Shown: positions 54,778-63,467 of the stretch, in pieces
Numbering within the stretch: the stretch's first letter is position 1
Layout of the letters: each line of letters starts with the position of its first letter
NCBI GenBank assembly: GCA_018266755.1
Contig: JAFDZW010000002.1
Location: 289,166 to 353,165, forward strand
Direction of reading: 5' to 3'
Origin: Bacteroidota bacterium
Lineage (GTDB): Bacteria; Bacteroidota; Ignavibacteria; Palsa-1295
Length of the DNA: 64,000 nucleotides
Position numbers and translations under genes: made by a program
The notes under the pieces: model-generated
Database searches by the model: none
Told to the model about the DNA's origin: nothing
The model's input: only the letters and a program-made list of their open reading frames with translations

Positions 54778-55378
54778 GATCGTGCTCACCGTGTTGGTGA
54801 TGCTCCCCATGCTCGTGCGTGCACAATCGACGAAGGAGGTCATTGCCCGGCTCGAAAGCACGTACAAAACAGGCGCCGGAGTCGAGGTGCAATTTGCCTT
54901 GCCGGATAAGAGCAAGGTCACGATGACGCTTGCGACAGACTCGAACGCCTATCATCTGACCAGCGCGACCGAAGAGTTCATCTGCGACGGCAAGACGCAG
55001 TGGCATCTGTTCAAAAAAGAAAAGAAGGTCGTCATCGATAAAGCGGGCAGCAGCGGTGCCAATTCGCAAGCCATGCTCGACTTCGCGCATAACTACGATG
55101 CGAAGCTCACCAACCCAAGCAAAGGCAATTACACGCTGACGCTGACGCCGCATCCGAACATTGCGTCACTCTTCAAGAGCATCGGCGATGTCAAGACCGT
55201 CGAGTTCAAGATGGTTGCCAAGGGCGGTGGGTTGGTCGTCGATTCGATCTCGGCGCAAGCCCCGAACGCGTCGATGACGCTTGCGAAGCTCAAGATCACA
55301 CCGAAGAAGACGCTGCCGAAGAGTCTCTTCACCTACAAGCCCGCGAGAAATATTCAGGTCGTGGACATGCGCGACTGA
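54752..55378 (+). CDS. LolA-like outer-membrane lipoprotein carrier family protein
   Basis: Signal peptide ...LVMLPMLVRAQ. The layout ARLESTYKTGAGVEVQFAL... / FICDGKTQWHLFKKEKKVVIDK / ...LFTYKPARNIQVVDMRD is typical of LolA/LolB-fold proteins. An alternative ATG lies at 54740. Confidence 0.62.
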   Translation: MNYRHSISKIVLTVLVMLPMLVRAQSTKEVIARLESTYKTGAGVEVQFALPDKSKVTMTLATDSNAYHLTSATEEFICDGKTQWHLFKKEKKVVIDKAGSSGANSQAMLDFAHNYDAKLTNPSKGNYTLTLTPHPNIASLFKSIGDVKTVEFKMVAKGGGLVVDSISAQAPNASMTLAKLKITPKKTLPKSLFTYKPARNIQVVDMRD

Positions 55379-55386
55379 GCACGACG

Positions 55387-55704
55387 ATGAGCGTCCCGAA
55401 ATACACGCACCATATTTTCGTCTGCGAGAACTACCGCGATCCGAGCGATCCGCGCGGATGCTGCGCAGCAAAAGGCTCGGAAGCCATCCGCAAGAAGCTC
55501 AAAGAAGAATTAAAGAAGCGCGGACTCAAAGGTCAGGCACGAGCGAACAAAGCCGGATGCTTGGACCAGTGTGCAAAGGGTCCGGCCGTTGTTGTATACC
55601 CCGAAGGCATCTGGTACGCTCACGTCACGGAGAACGACGTCGAGGAGATCGTCGAATCGCACATCGTCGGCGGCAAGCCGGTCGAGCGGTTGCTGATGAA
55701 GTAG
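55387..55704 (+). CDS. thioredoxin-like [2Fe-2S] ferredoxin
   Basis: HIFVCENYRDPSDPRGCCAAKGS...AGCLDQCAKGPAVVVYPEGIWY. This is the four-Cys pattern of the (2Fe-2S) ferredoxin domain family. Confidence 0.85.
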   Translation: MSVPKYTHHIFVCENYRDPSDPRGCCAAKGSEAIRKKLKEELKKRGLKGQARANKAGCLDQCAKGPAVVVYPEGIWYAHVTENDVEEIVESHIVGGKPVERLLMK

Positions 55705-55712
55705 CGATCGTT

Positions 55713-55817
55713 GTCATTCTGAGCGAAGCGAAGAATCCCTTCGGGACTGCACGAACATTCAGGCAGGACCGAAGGGATTCTTCACTGCGGCCGCAAGCGG
55801 CCTTCGTTCAGAATGAC
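55713..55817. repeat. palindromic element family A, copy 7 (right arm interrupted by an extra GC hairpin)
   Basis: GTCATTCTGAGCGAAGCGAAGAATCCCTTCGG...CGAAGGGATTCTTCACTGCGGCCGCAAGCGGCCTTCGTTCAGAATGAC. It begins 9 nt after the stop at 55704. Confidence 0.88.
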
Positions 55818-55832
55818 ATGCCGAATGGAGCA

Positions 55833-56333
55833 CTACCCTTTCATCTTCTCCACAATACCCGTCGTGCTTTTCCCATCGACGAACGGGATCGTCATCACCT
55901 TGCCGCCGCTCTTCTCGACCGTATCGCGTCCGACAATTTCTTCAATCTTGTAATCGCCGCCTTTGACGAGTACATCCGGGATGACGAAGTCGATTAGCTC
56001 TTTCGGCGTATCCTCATCGAAGATCACGATGCAATCGCATGCGCTCAGTGAAGCGAGGATCAGTGCACGATCTTCTTCGCTCTGGATCGGACGAGATTCT
56101 CCTTTCAAGCGTTTCACCGATGCATCGGCGTTCACCCCGACCATCAGCGCATCACCTTCGTTGCGGGCTGCAAGGAGATAGGTGACATGGCCCCGATGCA
56201 AAAGATCGAAGACGCCGTTGGTGAACACGAGCTTCTTGCCCGTCACACGTAAGGCTCCGCGCCATTGACGCAGAGCGGCTCGTTCTTTTTCGTCGCGGAA
56301 TCGGAATACTGGTACGGTATGCAGCGGCGGCAT
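55833..56333 (-). CDS. D-glycero-beta-D-manno-heptose-1-phosphate adenylyltransferase (RfaE domain II type cytidylyltransferase)
   Basis: LVFTNGVFDLLHRGHVTYLLAARNEGDALMVGVNADASVKRLKGESRPIQSEEDRALILASLSACDCIVIFDEDTP..LVKGGDY is nearly collinear with the C-terminal domain of E. coli HldE. Confidence 0.88.
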   Translation of the reverse strand: MPPLHTVPVFRFRDEKERAALRQWRGALRVTGKKLVFTNGVFDLLHRGHVTYLLAARNEGDALMVGVNADASVKRLKGESRPIQSEEDRALILASLSACDCIVIFDEDTPKELIDFVIPDVLVKGGDYKIEEIVGRDTVEKSGGKVMTIPFVDGKSTTGIVEKMKG

Positions 56334-56346
56334 TAGTGCGAGAAGT

Positions 56347-57474
56347 TTGCTGTTAGCACAACGAATGAACGAGACCCCGACAACGCTCTTTGGCTTGAAT
56401 GAGCCCGCGATCGCGGCTGCGCTTGCGCAGGCTGATCCGTCGCTGCCGCGATTTCGTTCGCGTCAGATCTATAACGCGCTCTACGCAAAAGGCATTCGCT
56501 CGTTCGCCGAGATGTCGAACCTGCCAGCAGCACTGCGGGCTTCACTTGACGCGCGCTTCCCGATCGTCCATCCGAAGATCGTCAAAGAATCCCGTAGCGC
56601 TGACGGGACGATCAAGTATCTGTTCGAGCTTTCCGATGGCAGACAGGTCGAGTCCGTCCTGATCCCGAGCGAGATGCGCGATGCACGCGGCGAAGCACGC
56701 CGCAAGACACTGTGCTTATCGACGCAGGTAGGCTGTCCGCTCGATTGCAAGTTCTGTGCGACGGCATCACTGAAGCTCAAGCGCAACCTCACTGTCGGCG
56801 AGATCGTCGGCCAATACATCGCGGTCGAGCACGCGAGCGGCGAGAAGATCACGAACGTCGTGTACATGGGCATGGGCGAACCGATGCTCAACTATGAGAA
56901 CGTCGTCGCGTCGCTGCGCATACTCACCGATCCCGAGCTTGAGATCATCGGCGCCAAACGGATCACCGTCTCGACGAGCGGCTTCCCCGATGAGATTCGC
57001 CGCTTTGCAAAAGAGGGACTGGGGGTCAAGCTTGCGCTCTCGCTGCATGCCACAACCGATGCACTGCGCGTGCAACTGATGCCCATCGACAAAAAGTATC
57101 CGCTCGATACGGTCATCGCTGCAATGGAGGATTATTACCGCGAGACGCACATCCCGGTCACCTACGAATACATTCTTTTCGACAAGCTCAACGACACGCC
57201 GGCGGATGCAAAGCGCTTGGCAAAGATCGCTCGTCGTGCGCCAAGCAAGGTGAACGTCATCCCCTTCCATCCCATCGACTTTACGCAACCGAGCGGACTC
57301 GGCGCGACGCTACACCCAAGCTCCGAAGCGCATTTCAACGAGTTCATCCGTCAGCTCAAAGAGCACGGAGCGCATGTGATGGTTCGCTCGTCGGCTGGTG
57401 TTGATATCGAAGCGGCGTGCGGGCAGCTTGCACTTTCGAACGAGCCGCATCTTCACGATATTGCTGTCGAATAG
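56347..57474 (+). CDS. rlmN: 23S rRNA/tRNA (adenine-C2)-methyltransferase RlmN (radical SAM)
   Basis: FRSRQIYNALY, CLSTQVGCPLDCKFCATA (CxxxCxxC), GMGEPMLNY, ITVSTSG, SLHA, NVIPFHP, GVDIEAACGQL. Confidence 0.93.
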   Translation: MLLAQRMNETPTTLFGLNEPAIAAALAQADPSLPRFRSRQIYNALYAKGIRSFAEMSNLPAALRASLDARFPIVHPKIVKESRSADGTIKYLFELSDGRQVESVLIPSEMRDARGEARRKTLCLSTQVGCPLDCKFCATASLKLKRNLTVGEIVGQYIAVEHASGEKITNVVYMGMGEPMLNYENVVASLRILTDPELEIIGAKRITVSTSGFPDEIRRFAKEGLGVKLALSLHATTDALRVQLMPIDKKYPLDTVIAAMEDYYRETHIPVTYEYILFDKLNDTPADAKRLAKIARRAPSKVNVIPFHPIDFTQPSGLGATLHPSSEAHFNEFIRQLKEHGAHVMVRSSAGVDIEAACGQLALSNEPHLHDIAVE

Positions 57475-57477
57475 ATC

Positions 57478-58278
57478 GTGATCACACTTGCGGAGACCTC
57501 CGAGGACGTTGCACGCTTTCTTGCACAGCGGTCGTCGCCGCTGCGTATCGCATACGATACGCTTTCCGATTCTACGATCGATACACTTTCGCTTGCGAAG
57601 CTTGATCGGGTCGTTTCGTATGAGCCCGAAGAGATGGTGATCGTCGTCGAGCCCGGCATCACACTTATCGCTCTTGAAACGCTGCTTGCGGCACAGGGTC
57701 AGTGGATACCAACAATTGTCACGTCTGAGATCCCGGAAACATCGCTTGGTGCTGCGGTCATTAACGACCACTACCATCCCCGTGCAGCAATACTCGGGAT
57801 GCTTCGCACCTCGATCCTCGGAGGTACGTTCTGCACCACGGACGGTACGATCTTCAAAAGCGGTTCGCGGGTGGTGAAGTCTGTCGCAGGGTACGATATT
57901 CACCGTGCGTTCTGTGGCTCGCGCGGGAAATTCGGGGCGATCCTCTCGCTGACGATGAAGGTGCAGCCGAAACCGGAGCGCACTGCGCGATTCGCCATTG
58001 TGCCGGCTGGGCTTGAGATAACGCGACGGTTGAATCCGAGCGTTCTCATGGCCGATGTTGACTCTCCGATCATCGAACTCTCGGGATACAGCGAAGATGT
58101 GGACCAAGCGATGAATGCTCTTCGCGAGCATATCCACCACGAGTTGAGCAATGCAGAGTGGAGTCAGACGCTCGCTCGAGTACGTGTATCACATCTCAGG
58201 GCAGAACCGGATACAGAAGTAGTGAGCCTGCTGTCAAACGTTCGTGCGGTGTTCGATCCCAAACACATCCTTGTCTGA
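57478..58278 (+). CDS. FAD-binding (PCMH-type) oxidoreductase subunit, GlcE-like, short form
   Basis: VVSYEPEEMVIVVEPGITLIALETLLAAQGQ and KSVAGYDIHRAFCGSRGKFGAILSLTMKV resemble glycolate-oxidase GlcE. It is only 266 aa. GTG start. Confidence 0.68.
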   Translation: MITLAETSEDVARFLAQRSSPLRIAYDTLSDSTIDTLSLAKLDRVVSYEPEEMVIVVEPGITLIALETLLAAQGQWIPTIVTSEIPETSLGAAVINDHYHPRAAILGMLRTSILGGTFCTTDGTIFKSGSRVVKSVAGYDIHRAFCGSRGKFGAILSLTMKVQPKPERTARFAIVPAGLEITRRLNPSVLMADVDSPIIELSGYSEDVDQAMNALREHIHHELSNAEWSQTLARVRVSHLRAEPDTEVVSLLSNVRAVFDPKHILV

Positions 58279-59527
58279 CGAGAAGCACATATTCGCGGAT
58301 ATCGACGACAAGTTGCTCGCGTGCATTCACTGCGGGCTGTGTCTGGATTTCTGTCCGACCTACAGAGTAACGCACGAGGAGATGTCCAGCCCGCGCGGCC
58401 GCATCTACTTGATGAAAGCGGTCAACGAAGGCGCTCTCGATATCGCCGACCCGCTCGTGCAGGAGCACGAACTTTCGTGCCTCGTCTGCCGCGCGTGCGA
58501 AACGGCGTGTCCGTCGGGTGTGCAGTACTCCGTCCTGATGGAGCACACTCGCGACGCGATCGCACAAACAGGTTCGCGAGGGCCGTTGCACCGATTCGTC
58601 TATACGAACGTGCTTGGCTCGCGTGCGCTCACTCGGCTCGGACAGTTTTGCTTGGCGCTGCTCTCGCGTACTCGCCTGCTGAGGCTTGCACGAAAGACCT
58701 TCGACACGACAACTGGCATCTTCGCTCCGCTTCGCATAACGCCGGATAGCATCCCCTTCCCTCATGACCGCGATGGAGTATACCCGACAACGAAGCAACA
58801 TATTGGTTCGGTCGGCCTACTCATCGGCTGCATCGGTGACGTCTTCACGAAGCAGGTCAACGATGCGACGATCGTCGTGCTCAATGCACTTGGGTACGAT
58901 GTGCATACGATCCCCGAGATCAGTTGCTGCGGTGCTCTCGCATCACATGCAGGGTATGGTGAGCATGCGCGCACACTCGCTCGCACGACTCTCCATGCCA
59001 TCGAGCGCTCAGGGGTGGACTACTTCATCACGAACATCGCGGGCTGCGGTGCGACGATGAAAGAGTACTCGAAGATGCTCGGTGCATCCCATCCCGCGCA
59101 AGCGAAGATCAAGGACATCTCCGAATTTCTCTTCGAGCATCATCTTTCGGACCTCGAGCGTCTTGGTTTGCGTTTCGACGAACCGACACACATCTCCTAT
59201 CACGCACCTTGTCATCTCTATCACGGTCAGAAGATCGTTGACCTTCCAGCACAGCTTCTTCGCACGATCGCGAATGCCAAGGTGACGGTCCTCGAAGAGA
59301 ACGATATCTGCTGCGGCAGTGCCGGCACGTATAACGTCGAGCGCCCGGAAATGGCCCGTGAACTGCTGGCCCGAAAGATGGAGATCATCGGCTCTGCCGG
59401 TGCTCCGGTCGTCGCCACGGCGAATGCGGGATGTCTGATGCAATTGCAGAGCGGCCTTCGCGAACGGCATGACGGTGCACAAGCCTACCATTTTATTGAA
59501 GTTATAGCCTCTCGAATTCGGGCGTAA
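58244..59527 (+). CDS. (Fe-S)-binding protein, glycolate-oxidase GlcF-like (two 4Fe-4S motifs plus CCG domains)
   Basis: CIHCGLCLDFCPTYR and CLVCRACETACPSGV ferredoxin motifs, then two Cys-rich CCG-type repeats (SCCGA..., ICCGSAG). The start is GTG 58244 or TTG 58271. It overlaps the upstream gene. Confidence 0.85.
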   Translation: MRCSIPNTSLSDEKHIFADIDDKLLACIHCGLCLDFCPTYRVTHEEMSSPRGRIYLMKAVNEGALDIADPLVQEHELSCLVCRACETACPSGVQYSVLMEHTRDAIAQTGSRGPLHRFVYTNVLGSRALTRLGQFCLALLSRTRLLRLARKTFDTTTGIFAPLRITPDSIPFPHDRDGVYPTTKQHIGSVGLLIGCIGDVFTKQVNDATIVVLNALGYDVHTIPEISCCGALASHAGYGEHARTLARTTLHAIERSGVDYFITNIAGCGATMKEYSKMLGASHPAQAKIKDISEFLFEHHLSDLERLGLRFDEPTHISYHAPCHLYHGQKIVDLPAQLLRTIANAKVTVLEENDICCGSAGTYNVERPEMARELLARKMEIIGSAGAPVVATANAGCLMQLQSGLRERHDGAQAYHFIEVIASRIRA

Positions 59528-59581
59528 TTCCCCTGCCCGGACTGTAACTCTCCGTTGCAGGATGTGTTTTATTTACATTGA

Positions 59582-60295
59582 ATGCAGTCTCTTACGGCCA
59601 TAGGGGCCCGTGTCCGACCGGAGACGGGCGATCGTCGTCGCGGCACTCCGGTGCAAGCGGCGAGTGATGTGGCTACGAAACCTTCGACGAAGGTGCGAAC
59701 GGATCTAGAGCTCATCGAGGCATTTCGCGCCGGCGACGAGCGCGCATTCGCCGAACTCTATACCCGCTACAAGAGCGAGATCTACACCTTCTGTTTGCGT
59801 ATGCTCGGCGGCGACAGCGCCGAAGCGGGTGATGCGTATCAGGAGACGTTTATCAAGGTGTATGAGAAACTGCATACATTCCGCTACGGAGAAAATGTAA
59901 AGGGCTGGATCTACATGATCGCTCGCAATGTGGCGCTGAACATCTACCGGTCGAAGCGCCCGGAAGAGACGATCGAAAATCATCCGTATCTGCCCAGCAC
60001 CGAGCGGCGTCTTTCACCCGAATTCGCCGGCGAGCAACGCTCGCTGCGCGAAGCGATCGAAGAAGCGGTTGCCACACTGCCGATCGAATTCCGCGAGCCG
60101 TTCATCTTGCGCGAGTTCGACGGCCTGGGTTACCCAGAGATCGCAGAGATCACGCAGACGACGATCACACTCACGAAAGTTCGCATTCACCGCGCCAAAC
60201 AACGGCTGCGGAAGTTGCTTGCACCGATCATTACCGACGAAACCTATCGCGCGAACGGAACGCCGTTCGCTGCGGACGAGGAGGAAGAAGCATGA
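59582..60295 (+). CDS. RNA polymerase ECF-type sigma-70 factor
   Basis: LIEAFRAGDERAFAELYTRYKSEIYTFCLRMLG (region 2) and PIEFREPFILREFDGLGYPEIAEITQTTITLTKVRIHRAKQRLRKLL (region 4). A ~45-aa N-terminal extension suggests the true start may be later. Confidence 0.88.
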   Translation: MQSLTAIGARVRPETGDRRRGTPVQAASDVATKPSTKVRTDLELIEAFRAGDERAFAELYTRYKSEIYTFCLRMLGGDSAEAGDAYQETFIKVYEKLHTFRYGENVKGWIYMIARNVALNIYRSKRPEETIENHPYLPSTERRLSPEFAGEQRSLREAIEEAVATLPIEFREPFILREFDGLGYPEIAEITQTTITLTKVRIHRAKQRLRKLLAPIITDETYRANGTPFAADEEEEA

Positions 60296-61773
60296 GTACC
60301 GAAGATCGCATACTCGATTATCTTGACGGCTCGCTTAACGAGCATGACTCCGCAGAGCTGATGCATCAGCTTTCGGTCAGCCCAGAGAAGCGCGTCATTC
60401 TCGAGCAGCACATCAAGCTCTCGGAGTTGACGCGCGTGGCTCAGCGACCGTTCGATGTCCCGGTAGAACTCGAAGAGACGCTCGCAAAGCGTTTGCCTGC
60501 TGTCATCGGAACAACGACAACTACGGCGTTGCGCGGACGTTCGGCGATTTCGTCGCTGCTATTGTTGCTACGCCAATACCCGATCCGTTTTGCACTCGGC
60601 GGCCTCGTTACGTTGCTTGCCGGTGGTGCTGTCTATTGGTACGGCATGGCCGGCTCGCCGTCGCCTAACGACGTTCCGACATCGGACCGTAGATTCGGCT
60701 CGGCCTCTACCTCAGAGCATTCGTCTGCAACAGACGCGCACACTCCGTTGGGTATGTCAACTGCACCATCGCCGTCGAACATCCAACCCGCCACCGGCAC
60801 GTCACAACCTACAGGCGCAGTTGCGGACAACTCTGGCGTTCATTCGAACGTGGTGTCATCGACGAGCGCAACCGGGAACAAGAATACTGACCTTCGTCCG
60901 GACCGCATACATGCGATCGCACATTCGTCACAACCACGCCAGCGAATGCATCGCTCGGAGGTAGTATCGGCCGAACATACGAACATTGACGCGCGCGATC
61001 GTGCCAGTAGCACCACCGAAATCATCGGACAGCATACCGAAACTGCAGTTGCGTCCGAGTCATCAATCGCTCAAATCCCGACCGTCGCTATTCGTGATGC
61101 AGGTATGACGAACATCATCGGTTCGAATTCGGGAAGCCGCCAGTCGTTGCGCGATCTGGTGACGCATCCGGACGGACGCCGCAGCGATTGGGCACTTCGT
61201 GGTTCGCTCGGTTTTGGCACTACATTCCTCTATGTGCCGAGCGGGAGCAACTCGTACGTTACCCGCACCGAAGTAAATCCTCTGCTTGGAATCGACCGTA
61301 TGCTCGATGCACATTGGGCTGTCGGTGTCGAAGGAGGAGTGAGTTCGAGTCAGGCGCTCACTCCGACCTCGTCGGTCATTTCCGATCCGAGCATATCCCG
61401 CATCGTTACACACGCAACATCGACGACGTCGACGAGTACGTTCATGCGTCTTGCACTTCGATACACCGTGAATCCGTATGATGCTGTTCGCATCGAACTC
61501 TCGGCTGGGGGCGGACGCGCGTTCGGCAGCGCAGGCGGGTGGATGGGCAGTGCCCAGGCAGGCATCAGCTTCCAACCTGGCTTAACGGACGGACTGGATT
61601 TCCAGGTATTCGCACTATACTCCGGTGTGCTTACGAACACTACCGCAACCACGGTTACAACGCCATCCAGCGTGAGCGGACCGGTCGAATACTCGACGAC
61701 AAGCACACCACAGTCGAGGATCTTCACGCCGGCAATCACGCTTCGTGCCGGCTTCCAATACCGTTTGCCATGA
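60292..61773 (+). CDS. putative anti-sigma factor: N-terminal anti-sigma helix domain, one TM, Ser/Thr/Pro-rich linker, C-terminal beta-barrel-like domain
   Basis: The ATG overlaps the sigma-factor stop (ATGA). ILDYLDGSLNEHDSAELMHQLSVSPEKRVILEQH is anti-sigma-like (no Zn cysteines). TM segment FALGGLVTLLAGGAVYWY. The C-terminal 190 aa show alternating amphipathic strands ending ITLRAGFQYRLP. Confidence 0.65.
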   Translation: MSTEDRILDYLDGSLNEHDSAELMHQLSVSPEKRVILEQHIKLSELTRVAQRPFDVPVELEETLAKRLPAVIGTTTTTALRGRSAISSLLLLLRQYPIRFALGGLVTLLAGGAVYWYGMAGSPSPNDVPTSDRRFGSASTSEHSSATDAHTPLGMSTAPSPSNIQPATGTSQPTGAVADNSGVHSNVVSSTSATGNKNTDLRPDRIHAIAHSSQPRQRMHRSEVVSAEHTNIDARDRASSTTEIIGQHTETAVASESSIAQIPTVAIRDAGMTNIIGSNSGSRQSLRDLVTHPDGRRSDWALRGSLGFGTTFLYVPSGSNSYVTRTEVNPLLGIDRMLDAHWAVGVEGGVSSSQALTPTSSVISDPSISRIVTHATSTTSTSTFMRLALRYTVNPYDAVRIELSAGGGRAFGSAGGWMGSAQAGISFQPGLTDGLDFQVFALYSGVLTNTTATTVTTPSSVSGPVEYSTTSTPQSRIFTPAITLRAGFQYRLP

Positions 61774-63443
61774 TCAAGCGCACGTACATATCGCTTCTGG
61801 TCGTTGCACTGTTCGCTGCGGGTTGCTCGAAGAACATTGTCGATGTCCCACCGCCGACCGGGGCCGGTGCTTCTTCGTACGGGTGGAATATGATCGATAC
61901 GATCATCTACACGACCCTACAGCCGAAAACCGGAGCTACCTCGACAATCACTCTGCACTTCGCCGCGACTGCCGAGAGCGACCGCTATCAAGCGATCGAA
62001 AACTTCAATACGTCAGGCAGCGATACGCTCCTGCTTCATTCGTCTAACGATTCGCTCACCGTCTCCGGCCTGACCGAGCGAAGCATCATTCGCGTGCCGA
62101 GCGGCTATGCTCTTTCCGGCGTACGATACGATAGCATCGATCGGCCACGCAATATTCGGAAGATTCTCGCGTTCGGCGACGCAGGGAAGCAAGTGGTCGC
62201 AAGCGACGATTCGAGCCATGTCTTCTACTCAAGCGACGCAGGAACTTCATGGGGTCTGTCGACCGGACTTTCGATCTCTGCGAAAGACGCGATCGTCGAT
62301 TTCGCCTATGGCCCGTTCAATTCGAAAACAGTTGTCGCAGCCGCAACTGTGAATGGGTTAGTCTATATCTCCTCGAATGGCGGGCAGTCGTGGTCCCTCG
62401 GATATGCGGGGAAACTTGGGGGCATCAGAGCTATCTGTTCGTCGTCCGACGGTATGTTCGCATCGATCATCAGAAACGGAATTTACCGCATGGCATCTCA
62501 GCCTTCGCTTGTCGCCCCTGGATTGCCCGCAATCGATTCGAGCGCAACACTACTGGCCACTTCCCGAGCACCCTTCAGCGGCGCGACTACCTTTCTGGCA
62601 TCTGACGCCTCAGGGGGAATCTACTATATCAATCCGGACTCCGATGTGTACTGGAAGACCCTGCCCGCAGCAGTTCGCTATAGCAGTGCGACACCCCGAG
62701 TAATTACGCGAGCGACCGATACCACATTCATCATCAGTCTGCAGACTTCCACATCGACCGGAATAACTGCTTCGTGGATACCGACGGAGGATACATTTCA
62801 TCTTCTCACAAATTCGTTCTTTACGCTCGCCGCGGTCGATGCGTTCAACCTCTCGGCGGTGCTTCTTGCAAACGAACGTGGAAATTGTGCTATTTTCAAA
62901 ACAGCGAACCAGGTTGTGACGACAGCACCATCGGTACCCTTGTCGTCCTATTCGGTGCTGAATGCGATCACTCTCTGTAATGGCAACGCCTTCGCAGGGA
63001 CCAGCGACTCGGGTATATACAACCATTCCTTTTCGAACGGATCGGGTGGGCCCTGGGCCAAACTTCACTCCAGCCCCACGCAGAGAACCGTTGTTCATAC
63101 ATTGCTCCCGCTTGAATTCAGGCTGCTCGGTGCAGACGACGCCGGCATCCATGTCGGCGGCACGTGGGATGCGGGGAAAATATTTTCCGACTCGCTCGGC
63201 GTGTCCGTTTCGCTAAGAGCCGATGTTGACCGGTATATCGACAGCCTCAAGTTGACGAATGGCCTGATCTTCAGCCGCATCTTTGTCGTCAACTACCGCT
63301 TTGCCGATCAGGCCGGAGGCACAACGACCTCCCCGGTTCGATGGACGATCTATTTTGCCAAAGGAGAGGGCCCGGTACTCATCGACGAGATCGAGGAGCC
63401 GAGCGGGATTCTTCTCTCGCGTACCTATCGTTCATCGAAGTAG
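61770..63443 (+). CDS. lipoprotein with Asp-box (BNR) propeller-like repeats
   Basis: The ATG overlaps the upstream stop (ATGA). MIKRTYISLLVVALFAAGC lipobox. Asp-boxes SSDAGTSW and SSNGGQSW. Confidence 0.75.
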   Translation: MIKRTYISLLVVALFAAGCSKNIVDVPPPTGAGASSYGWNMIDTIIYTTLQPKTGATSTITLHFAATAESDRYQAIENFNTSGSDTLLLHSSNDSLTVSGLTERSIIRVPSGYALSGVRYDSIDRPRNIRKILAFGDAGKQVVASDDSSHVFYSSDAGTSWGLSTGLSISAKDAIVDFAYGPFNSKTVVAAATVNGLVYISSNGGQSWSLGYAGKLGGIRAICSSSDGMFASIIRNGIYRMASQPSLVAPGLPAIDSSATLLATSRAPFSGATTFLASDASGGIYYINPDSDVYWKTLPAAVRYSSATPRVITRATDTTFIISLQTSTSTGITASWIPTEDTFHLLTNSFFTLAAVDAFNLSAVLLANERGNCAIFKTANQVVTTAPSVPLSSYSVLNAITLCNGNAFAGTSDSGIYNHSFSNGSGGPWAKLHSSPTQRTVVHTLLPLEFRLLGADDAGIHVGGTWDAGKIFSDSLGVSVSLRADVDRYIDSLKLTNGLIFSRIFVVNYRFADQAGGTTTSPVRWTIYFAKGEGPVLIDEIEEPSGILLSRTYRSSK

Positions 63444-63467
63444 CGTGATCGCTGCTTCGGTACCATC

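Noticed and set aside
57310-58140. A 276-aa ORF antisense to the GlcE-like gene, and similar ORFs antisense to ppsA, rlmN, dxr and the 41632 cargo gene.
   Set aside because: Same reasoning: no motifs, biased composition, and full overlap with supported genes.
59528-59581. An ECF autoregulatory promoter (GAAC/TGTAAC -35 with CGT -10) upstream of the sigma gene.
   Set aside because: A TGTAAC is present, but the only CGTT lies 5 nt away rather than at the expected ~16-nt spacing. This is not supportable.
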